NCBI GenBank assembly: GCA_043818055.1 | Contig: JBDRGF010000094.1 | Coordinates: 1-11,977 of the forward strand | Direction of reading: 5' to 3' | Origin: Pseudomonadota bacterium | GTDB taxonomy: Bacteria; UBA10199; 2-02-FULL-44-16; JBDRGF01 | DNA length: 11,977 nt | In this document: one piece after another, positions 1 to 6,979 of the stretch | Position numbering within the stretch: the first letter of the stretch is position 1 | How the letters are laid out: each line of letters opens with the position of its first letter | Position numbers and translations under genes: made by a program | The notes under the pieces: generated by a model | Database searches by the model: none | Told to the model about the DNA's origin: nothing | What the model saw: only the letters and a program-made list of their open reading frames with translations

Positions 1-612
1 GATTTTTTGAGCAAATTGAAAGATGGCAGATCCGGTGAAGTGATTCCCTATATAAAGGATAAGGTCGTGGCGGTTATAGGTGGAGGGTCTGTCGCGATCG
101 ATTGCGCCGAGTCTGCTTTGAAATTTGGTGCGAGTGATGTCTATCTTCTTTACAGAAGATCGTATGTCGAGATGCCCGCCGAGGAGGAAGAAAAAGATGG
201 CGCCCTCAACAAGGGAATTCACTTTATCCTGCTGAACCAGCCGAAAGAGTATGTCGTCGAAGGTGGAAGATTGAAGGGAGTTAAAATCATCAGGACGAAA
301 CTTGGAAAGCCGGACGCGTCCGGCAGAAGATCTCCGTTTGAGATTGAGGGGAGCGAATGGGAGCTCGCCGTCGATGCTGTGATTGAAGCGATAGGCGCGA
401 AGCCATCAGATGACATCGCCTCTTTGTACCCGGATTTGAAGCTCAATGGCCAAAAGCTGATCGTCGCTGATGAAGAGAGATGCGCAACATCAGTAAAAGG
501 AATCTTTGCCGGCGGTGATGTCGTGAGGGGGCCATCATTAATCGTGAACGCGGTGAAGGATGGAAAGGCCGCGGCAAAGGCGATCGAAGAATATATCAGG
601 GGGAACGCATGA
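1..612 (+). CDS. preT: Dihydropyrimidine dehydrogenase subunit PreT (GltD-like FAD/NAD(P) oxidoreductase), 5'-truncated by the window edge
   Basis: Frame is open from base 1 (GAT TTT TTG AGC), so the TTG at 7 is probably not the real start. GltD-family motifs: VAVIGGGSVAIDCA (NAD-binding), YRRS, DASGRR.P and TSVKGIFAGGDVVRGPSLIVNAVKDGKAAA (FAD-binding C-terminus). ATGA overlap with preA at 609-612. Confidence 0.88.
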   Translation, partial: DFLSKLKDGRSGEVIPYIKDKVVAVIGGGSVAIDCAESALKFGASDVYLLYRRSYVEMPAEEEEKDGALNKGIHFILLNQPKEYVVEGGRLKGVKIIRTKLGKPDASGRRSPFEIEGSEWELAVDAVIEAIGAKPSDDIASLYPDLKLNGQKLIVADEERCATSVKGIFAGGDVVRGPSLIVNAVKDGKAAAKAIEEYIRGNA

Positions 613-1853
613 AAAATAAACCAGGTTTGGTTGTCGATTTTTGCGGTGTGAAGTTCATCAATCCCTTCATGCTCTCCTCATCGCCGGTTTCCAACTCGGG
701 AGAGATGATCGGCAGGGCGTTCGATGCGGGATGGGGAGGGGTCGCGTATAAGACGATATGCACGGGGCGCACACCCATCGTCCATCCATCGCCGAGGATG
801 CACGATTACAAATATGGCGAGAAAAAACTCGTCGGTCTTCAGAATGTGGAACAGATCTCCGACCGTTCATTAAAAGACAATTTGTCTGACATCAGATATC
901 TGAAAAAGCATTGGCCAGATCACATCGTCATGGCGAGCATCATGGGATTCAATCTGGATGAATGGGGCGAGCTCGCGAAGGCCTGCACAGACGCAGGCGC
1001 CGATCTTCTGGAACTCAACTTCTCCTGTCCGCACATGACTGTCGAAGGATCAGGGATGAAGGTGGGGCAGGCATTTTCACTGATAGAAAAATTTACTGCT
1101 GCCGCAAAAGGCGCAACGCACATTCCTGTCATCGCGAAGATGACGCCAAATATCACCGACATGAACGAGCCGGCGATGCACGCGAAGGCGGGTGGCGCCG
1201 ACGGCATCTCTGCGATCAACACGTTGCGTGCTATTTCCGAGATAGGGATCGACGATTGGGTTCCAAGGCCGAATGTTGGCGGGATCGGTGCAATAAGCGG
1301 ATATTCCGGCGCGGCTGTGAAGCCGATCGGCCTTCGTTTTATCGCTGACATGGCCAAAAACAAAGACTTAAACCTGCCGCTCTCCGGCATGGGAGGGATC
1401 GAGACCTGGATCGACGCGCTCGAATATCTTTTAGTCGGTGCAACAACTTTGCAGGTGACGACCGGCATCATCAGATACGGCTACAGGATGGTCGAGGATC
1501 TGATCGAGGGGCTAACGGACTACATGACGAGCAAGGGAATTATGAATTTGCAGGGGCTGATAGGTAAAGCCCTGCCAAAACTTTGCGAGACGAGTGCCTT
1601 TGATCTGAAAAAACAGGGGATAGCGGAATATGATTTGGATGACTGTGTCGGTTGTGGCCAGTGTTATATCGTCTGCAACGACGCCAGCGGTCAGGCACTC
1701 GAGTGGGACGCAGATAATCGCAGACCCAGCATGCCGGATGAAAAAAAATGTTTAAGCTGTATGATTTGTAGCTTTGTATGTCCGGTCGATGGTATGATAA
1801 GATATAAACAGATGCCGGATGGATGGAAGAGGTGTGAAACTGTAACGATGTAG
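609..1853 (+). CDS. preA: NAD-dependent dihydropyrimidine dehydrogenase subunit PreA (FMN barrel plus 2x[4Fe-4S] domain)
   Basis: NPFMLSSSP, RAFDAGWGGVAYKT, GLQNVEQISD, catalytic loop LELNFSCPH, KMTPNITD, ADGISAINT, GYSGAAVKPIGL and GMGGIETW. C-terminal ferredoxin motifs CVGCGQCYIVC and CLSCMICSFVCP. Translationally coupled to the preT-like gene. Confidence 0.93.
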   Translation: MKNKPGLVVDFCGVKFINPFMLSSSPVSNSGEMIGRAFDAGWGGVAYKTICTGRTPIVHPSPRMHDYKYGEKKLVGLQNVEQISDRSLKDNLSDIRYLKKHWPDHIVMASIMGFNLDEWGELAKACTDAGADLLELNFSCPHMTVEGSGMKVGQAFSLIEKFTAAAKGATHIPVIAKMTPNITDMNEPAMHAKAGGADGISAINTLRAISEIGIDDWVPRPNVGGIGAISGYSGAAVKPIGLRFIADMAKNKDLNLPLSGMGGIETWIDALEYLLVGATTLQVTTGIIRYGYRMVEDLIEGLTDYMTSKGIMNLQGLIGKALPKLCETSAFDLKKQGIAEYDLDDCVGCGQCYIVCNDASGQALEWDADNRRPSMPDEKKCLSCMICSFVCPVDGMIRYKQMPDGWKRCETVTM

Positions 1854-1880
1854 GGGGCGACCCATGTGTCAGCCCCTACA
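1849..1880. repeat. REP-like imperfect palindrome with GTAG ends
   Basis: TGTAGGGG-GCGAC-CCATGT-GTCAG-CCCCTACA: perfect 8-bp outer stem (1849-1856/1873-1880) plus inner GAC/GTC pairing. Overlaps the preA TAG (1851-1853). Confidence 0.65.
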
Positions 1881-1900
1881 ACTTAATCTGCGAGGTATTT

Positions 1901-3142
1901 ATGAAACAACTTAATTTAACAAAATCAAACCAGCTTTGGGAAGAGGCGTTGGACCTCATCCCGGGAGGTGTGATCGGGATCAGGCGTCCGGTCAATTTCG
2001 TTCCGGGCGAATATCCTGTTTTTATGGCAAGCGGCAAAGGTGGACGGATCAAGGATGTCGATGGCAACAGTTACATCGATCTTCTGTGCGCCTTCGGCCC
2101 TATCATCCTCGGCCACTCAGAGGAGAGGGTTGATGCGGCGGTAACCGAACAGATAAAGAAGGGATTCTGTTTCAACCTCGCGCAGGTCTGGCAGAACAAG
2201 CTGGCCAAAAAGATGCGCGCTTTAATTCCTTGTGCAGAGCAGAGTATGTTTATGAAGACCGGATCAGAGGCGACTAACGCAGCTGTGAGGATCGCGCGCG
2301 CTTATTCGGGGAAATTGAAAATACTGAGGTGCGGTTATCACGGCTGGGGAGACTGGTGTGTTGAAGTGAAGGGTGGGGTTCCTGAGAAGCTCTACGAGGA
2401 TACGCACGAATTTCATTACAACGATTTGAAGGGTGTCGAAAAGCTGTTATCGGAACATAAGGGAAATGTCGCCGGCATCATCGTCACACCTGTCGGTCAC
2501 CCGCTCGCTCATCCTTTGGAGGAGCCGAAACCTGGATTTCTGGAAGGGTTGAGAAAACTCGCAGATGAACATTCGGTCGTTCTCATCTTCGATGAGGTCA
2601 GAACGGGTTTCAGGGTTTCCCTTGGTGGGGCGCAATTGAAATATGGCGTGACGCCAGACATCGCACTCTTTGGAAAGGCGATGGCGAACGGTTATCCGGT
2701 AAGTGCTGTCTGTGGTAAGAAAAAGTTTTTGCAGCCTATAGCTGATGGAAAAGTATTTATCTCATCCACATTTTTTCCGAACAGCCTCGAGATGGTAGCT
2801 GCGTTAAAGACAATCGAGATAATGGAGACTGAAAATGTGCTGGATGCTATTTGGGAAAAGGGAAAAGCATTTCTTGACGACTTGAGAATCATCGCGTCAG
2901 AGACAAATGCGCCGGTCACAATTTCCGGCATACCGCCGATGCCATGCATTACGTTTAACAAGGATTCAGAAGGAAAATATAAAAATCTGAGGCCGGAATT
3001 TTACAGGCAATGCATCCGAAGGGGCCTATTCATGCATCCGTTCCATCATTCATATATCGCATATCGCCACACCGCAGACGATTTAGAAAGGGCGCTGGAG
3101 GTGATTAGGGAAGGATTTAAGTGTAGGAGTGTAGGAGTGTAG
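1901..3142 (+). CDS. PLP-dependent class III aminotransferase, HemL/GSA-aminomutase-like; resembles 3-aminobutyryl-CoA aminotransferase (Kat)
   Basis: GKGGRIKDVDGNSYIDL, GPIILGH, KTGSEAT..AVRIARAYSG, GYHG, LIFDEVRTGFR and PLP lysine in PDIALFGKAMANGYP. SD-like GAGGT upstream. Lacks the HemL signatures GGVNSPVR and QAGTLSGNP (has GGVIGIRRP and ISSTFFPN). The Kat resemblance is from memory and not verified by alignment. Confidence 0.88.
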   Translation: MKQLNLTKSNQLWEEALDLIPGGVIGIRRPVNFVPGEYPVFMASGKGGRIKDVDGNSYIDLLCAFGPIILGHSEERVDAAVTEQIKKGFCFNLAQVWQNKLAKKMRALIPCAEQSMFMKTGSEATNAAVRIARAYSGKLKILRCGYHGWGDWCVEVKGGVPEKLYEDTHEFHYNDLKGVEKLLSEHKGNVAGIIVTPVGHPLAHPLEEPKPGFLEGLRKLADEHSVVLIFDEVRTGFRVSLGGAQLKYGVTPDIALFGKAMANGYPVSAVCGKKKFLQPIADGKVFISSTFFPNSLEMVAALKTIEIMETENVLDAIWEKGKAFLDDLRIIASETNAPVTISGIPPMPCITFNKDSEGKYKNLRPEFYRQCIRRGLFMHPFHHSYIAYRHTADDLERALEVIREGFKCRSVGV

Positions 3143-3181
3143 GAGTGTAGGAGCGTAGGAGCGTAGGAGCGTAGGAGCGTA
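3121..3181 (+). repeat. 8-bp tandem repeat (GTGTAGGA)x4 (GCGTAGGA)x3 GCGTA
   Basis: Read directly: about 7.6 copies. Encodes the last residues (CRSVGV) and the TAG stop of the aminotransferase. Confidence 0.95.
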
Positions 3182-3200
3182 ATTCTATATTATAGCATAA

Positions 3201-3243
3201 CTTAAACACTTCTGCACTTCTACACTTAAACACTTACGCACTT
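3201..3243 (-). repeat. Degenerate 8-bp tandem repeat (AAGTGYNN x5 on the minus strand), inverted relative to 3121-3181
   Basis: Minus strand reads AAGTGCGT AAGTGTTT AAGTGTAG AAGTGCAG AAGTGTTT AAG. Bases 3116-3140 pair with 3206-3230 over 25 bp with 3 G-U pairs. Confidence 0.85.
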
Positions 3244-4181
3244 TATTTCTGGCTCATATCCAACATCCTGCTCTTGAAGCCGAAGCCTATTACATCGCTG
3301 ACATCTGTGATGGTGACGAAAGAGTCGGGGTCGATCTCCTTGATGATATCGCGTAACTCAAAAATCTGTCGCCTTCCGATAGCGCAATAGAGCACCTTCT
3401 TTGGTTTTGCGTGATAGCCGCCCTCGCCGTGAAGGATCGTCACGCCGCGCTCGAGGTCATGGATGATGCGTTTTTTTATCTCGTCAGCTTTGTTGGAAAA
3501 GATCATCACACCTTTTACATAGGGCAAACCCTCAGCGGTCATGTCACAGATCCGCGAGACGATGAAGAGGGTGAATATGCCCCAGATAGCTATGTTAGGA
3601 TCTTTGAAGATTATGGCGATAAGAATTATCACGAATGTGTCGATCACAAGATATCCCATAGTGATTGACATGTTGAAATATTTTTTGAAAATCGCAACTG
3701 GGATGTCGGTGCCGGCTGTCGATCCTCGAAATCTGAATACGATGCCAATCCCGATACCCATGAGAATCGATCCGGCAAGGGCGGCCAGCAGTATGTTGTC
3801 GGTCATAGCCCATTCGGTGACAGGTTTTCCCTTGTTAAATTTTTCGATGATGGATGTCGCGATCCCCATGTCATAGAGGTGTTTGACGGAGATGAGATCG
3901 GTGAAAATTGCCGAAAGGGCAGTGCCGATGATCGTGCCGATAGCGAAGTGGTGTCCGATCAGAAATATTCCAAGTATCAGAAGGGGGATGTTGAATGCCA
4001 GCATTATGAGACCTGCCGGTATGTCCCACATATGAAAGAATATCTGTGATAAACCACCCACTCCCCCCGGTGTTATCTTGAAAGGGATTAAAAACCATGC
4101 CCACGCTATGGCCAAAAGCATCGATCCGCACGCAATGCCGATCGTATTTTTTAGATATTTAAGCACTGTTTTTTTTGGCAT
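3243..4181 (-). CDS. YitT family membrane protein (DUF161 TM region plus C-terminal DUF2179)
   Basis: FLIPFKITPGGVGGLSQI, FNIPLLILG, G.GIGIVFRFRGSTAGTDI, multiple TM segments, and C-terminal LERGVTILHGEGGY...IKEIDPDSFVTITDVSDVIGFGF. SD-like GAGG upstream. Confidence 0.93.
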   Translation of the reverse strand: MPKKTVLKYLKNTIGIACGSMLLAIAWAWFLIPFKITPGGVGGLSQIFFHMWDIPAGLIMLAFNIPLLILGIFLIGHHFAIGTIIGTALSAIFTDLISVKHLYDMGIATSIIEKFNKGKPVTEWAMTDNILLAALAGSILMGIGIGIVFRFRGSTAGTDIPVAIFKKYFNMSITMGYLVIDTFVIILIAIIFKDPNIAIWGIFTLFIVSRICDMTAEGLPYVKGVMIFSNKADEIKKRIIHDLERGVTILHGEGGYHAKPKKVLYCAIGRRQIFELRDIIKEIDPDSFVTITDVSDVIGFGFKSRMLDMSQK

Positions 4182-4241
4182 TCCGACCTCAAAATGTTAA
4201 TCAACTTTACTTTTTTAGCATTGTAAATTAATCATAGAATT

Positions 4242-5132
4242 ATGGCAAAGGATAAAAATAAATCGAGATATCTCCTGGGAACTCATATCAGTGCCTCAGG
4301 TGGGGTGAGCAAGGCACCTATCGCAGGCGAAGAGCTTGGGTGCTCTGCTATACAAATCTTTACGAAGAACAACATGCAGTGGTTTGCTAAGGATCTTGAC
4401 CCGAAAGAGGTAGAGGTCTATCGGCAAAATCTTAAAGAGACCAATATAAAGGTCGTTTTTTCTCACGCAGGTTACCTGATCAATCTCGCTGGCTCGGAAA
4501 AGGAGAATTACGAAAAATCGATGAAGTCGATGTTGCAGGAGTTGGAACGATCAGATCAACTCGGTATTCCTTTTGTAGTTTTGCATCCCGGGTCACACAA
4601 AGATAAAGGGATCGAGTGGGGAATAAAGCTCATAGCTGATTCGATAAATAAACTCTTTGACGAAACGAAGGGATCGAACGTCATGATTGCTCTTGAGACG
4701 ATGGCGGGGCAGGGTTCATCTGTAGGCGGAAAATTCGAAGAGCTCGCCGAAATTACAGGGCTCGTTAAAGATAAGAAACGTATCGGATATTGTTTCGATA
4801 CATGCCATGCATTTTCAGCGGGGTACGATCTTCGCGATGAGAAGAGCTTTGTGGAAACGTGGCAGCAGTTTGATAAGATCCTCGGAATCAAAAATCTTCT
4901 GGCGATTCACCTGAACGATTCCAAGAAACCATTTGGCGATCACAAGGACAGGCACGAACAGATAGGAGAGGGGGAGTTAGGGAAATTTCCATTCTGGCGT
5001 ATCTTACATGACAAGCGCTTCGAAAATATTCCGATGGTGCTTGAAACTCCCAAAAAAGATGAAGCCGGAAAAGAGATGGATCCAGTAAATCTCAAGTTCT
5101 TGAGAGAAATGGAAAAAAGCTCTAAGGTTTAG
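4242..5132 (+). CDS. nfo: Endonuclease IV (AP endonuclease family 2)
   Basis: LGTHISASGG, QIFTKN, HAGYLINLA, VLHPGS, LETMAGQGS, CFDTCHAFSAGYD, HLNDSK, DRHEQIGEG and LETP: the Zn-ligand motifs are present. Confidence 0.97.
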   Translation: MAKDKNKSRYLLGTHISASGGVSKAPIAGEELGCSAIQIFTKNNMQWFAKDLDPKEVEVYRQNLKETNIKVVFSHAGYLINLAGSEKENYEKSMKSMLQELERSDQLGIPFVVLHPGSHKDKGIEWGIKLIADSINKLFDETKGSNVMIALETMAGQGSSVGGKFEELAEITGLVKDKKRIGYCFDTCHAFSAGYDLRDEKSFVETWQQFDKILGIKNLLAIHLNDSKKPFGDHKDRHEQIGEGELGKFPFWRILHDKRFENIPMVLETPKKDEAGKEMDPVNLKFLREMEKSSKV

Positions 5133-6964
5133 AACACCTTTTTCTTCCTTCTGACAGAAATAAAAACAAATAGAGGGATAATAATTCCAATTAACAAACC
5201 AGGATTGCTATTGTTTGTTAAAGCCAGTGAACAAAAACCACCTCCACCACCTTCCAGCACATCAGCAGGTTTGGTCTTCTCGGTTTGGTCTTTGTTAGCT
5301 TTTTCGATGTCATCTAGATATTTTTTTACTTCGTCCGGAACCTCGTCAGTTTTTTGATCAACAGCAACTTTCTGATCGGAGGGCGAAACTTTATTTGCAT
5401 CCTTGGCATCTCCTGGGAAGGGGATCGGTCCAATTGGGACGGCTGGTACTCTTTCGCCGTGAAAGGGCATTATTCGTTTTGGTCTGGATGGACCACCAAG
5501 TTTGGATTTATCAAGTTGCAGCACTTTGCTATCTGCTAGAACAGGATTGGTATCGTCCAGCTTTGGAATGATTCCACCCGCCCCCTTATTTTGATTAGAT
5601 ATGATTTTCTCATATGTATCACCCTCTAAAAGATTGATAATTCCATCTCCATCCACATCTGCATCGGCAATATCACAAACTCCATCTCTGTCCTTGTCTT
5701 TAAATCCATTTTTAGTTGGATCTCCTGAGATGCAGCCTACAGGTGGATTCAATATTAAATCGGCCAATCTATATTCATCAGAAACTGTAAGAGTAAAGGC
5801 TTTTGGTCTAAAATATTTATCTACAAGTATATTGGACTCGGAAAGAAGCGGGTTTTTTGGATCTAGAAAAAATGGAAATAATAGGTCGAGCCTTTCTTCA
5901 GGCATATATTTGTAAACAATGTCGAATGTGACATTAAAGGGTCTCATGTATTTTTCGTCGTATAAAAGTGAAAATGCAGGGCTGACGTTGCTACATGTTA
6001 AAGTTGTGCTGCTTACACTGAAAGTGCAAGTATCATCCCCTTCGAATGGAATTGTCTCAAGCTGTAGTCCCGATATCCTTTTAAAACGAATCTGATATTT
6101 TCCAAAGCTGCTATATATGCTCACATTTAGCTTTGGTTCAAGGGTGGTTGTGAACTGATTCTTTTTTAGATGGTCGATACCGTCAGAAAAACCTTTTGTT
6201 TTAGCCTCTTCATCGAAATAGATTTTAAAATCATCTGGTTTTGTTATCTCTCCAATGTACGATTTAAAGTTTTCTGGTTTGTGATTTACCCTCGAAGGGT
6301 GCTTAAGTTGATTGTCGCTTGTGCAGTTCATTAACCAGCATGTTACGACATCCCTTGCTTCTAAGAGTAAACATTCTAATGCTTTGTGATAGTCTTTGCT
6401 GACATTGGACTTCGGTGCTTTTTTAATTTCTGATGTTGCATCTTCTCTGCACTTATTCCACCAAACACCCCCCCAATATTTGTGTTCCTTATCAGTACAT
6501 TTTCTTTTTAAAACCTCTTCCAAGGCTTGTTTTTCAATATCATCTAAATGTTTGTTATAGATATAGCTATAACTTCCAATCTGATTTCTTTTCCTTATTT
6601 TATCTTCGAGCTCTATTTTTTTTTCAGCTAAACATTTATTTGTATCATATCCATCGATAGCCATTTTACAATTTGTCGACGTGGATTTCTTTTTTATACA
6701 TGCCTCTTTAAAACCTGGAAAATCAATTATTGCACAATCCTCATAATCCTTGCCTGAAATATCTTTATAGTTGACGCTTCCAGCTTCACGCTTATCGTAT
6801 GCCGATATTGAACATTTGGGAAATAGTGTGTCACATTTGTTCACAATTCCGAAATCATATTTTCTGACATCCTTACATGACAAATCTGACAATGCCCAAC
6901 TGTTGTTTGCTAATAAAAGTAGCAAAATAATTAAAGAGAGTGTCTTTGCAATTTTGTGTATCAT
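5129..6964 (-). CDS. Exported Cys-rich surface protein with thrombospondin-type-3-like Ca-binding motif and C-terminal Gly-Gly-Cys/TM/basic sorting signal
   Basis: Sec signal peptide ending ...ANNSWA; 17 Cys; DKDRDGVCDIADADVDGDGIIN; C-terminus GGGGGFCSLAL...LLIGIIIPLFVFISV-RRKKKVF. SD AAGGAG upstream; starts 15 bp after the upstream stop. Its stop overlaps the nfo stop (TTAG, 5129-5132). Confidence 0.85.
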   Translation of the reverse strand: MIHKIAKTLSLIILLLLLANNSWALSDLSCKDVRKYDFGIVNKCDTLFPKCSISAYDKREAGSVNYKDISGKDYEDCAIIDFPGFKEACIKKKSTSTNCKMAIDGYDTNKCLAEKKIELEDKIRKRNQIGSYSYIYNKHLDDIEKQALEEVLKRKCTDKEHKYWGGVWWNKCREDATSEIKKAPKSNVSKDYHKALECLLLEARDVVTCWLMNCTSDNQLKHPSRVNHKPENFKSYIGEITKPDDFKIYFDEEAKTKGFSDGIDHLKKNQFTTTLEPKLNVSIYSSFGKYQIRFKRISGLQLETIPFEGDDTCTFSVSSTTLTCSNVSPAFSLLYDEKYMRPFNVTFDIVYKYMPEERLDLLFPFFLDPKNPLLSESNILVDKYFRPKAFTLTVSDEYRLADLILNPPVGCISGDPTKNGFKDKDRDGVCDIADADVDGDGIINLLEGDTYEKIISNQNKGAGGIIPKLDDTNPVLADSKVLQLDKSKLGGPSRPKRIMPFHGERVPAVPIGPIPFPGDAKDANKVSPSDQKVAVDQKTDEVPDEVKKYLDDIEKANKDQTEKTKPADVLEGGGGGFCSLALTNNSNPGLLIGIIIPLFVFISVRRKKKVF

Positions 6965-6979
6965 GTTTTATCTCCTTGT

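Noticed and set aside
609..1853. Dihydroorotate dehydrogenase (pyrD)
   Set aside because: The C-terminal 2x[4Fe-4S] domain and the coupled GltD-like partner indicate PreA.
1901..3142. Calling the aminotransferase hemL
   Set aside because: HemL signature motifs (GGVNSPVR, QAGTLSGNP) are replaced and there are no tetrapyrrole genes nearby.
3121..3243. CRISPR array, or a phase-variation switch of the aminotransferase
   Set aside because: Units are 8 bp with no spacers and there are no cas genes. The stop falls in the third unit, so copy-number change would barely alter the protein.
4182..4241. Divergent sigma-70 promoters between yitT and nfo
   Set aside because: Promoters are likely present, but no unambiguous -35/-10 pair can be assigned in this AT-rich 60 bp.
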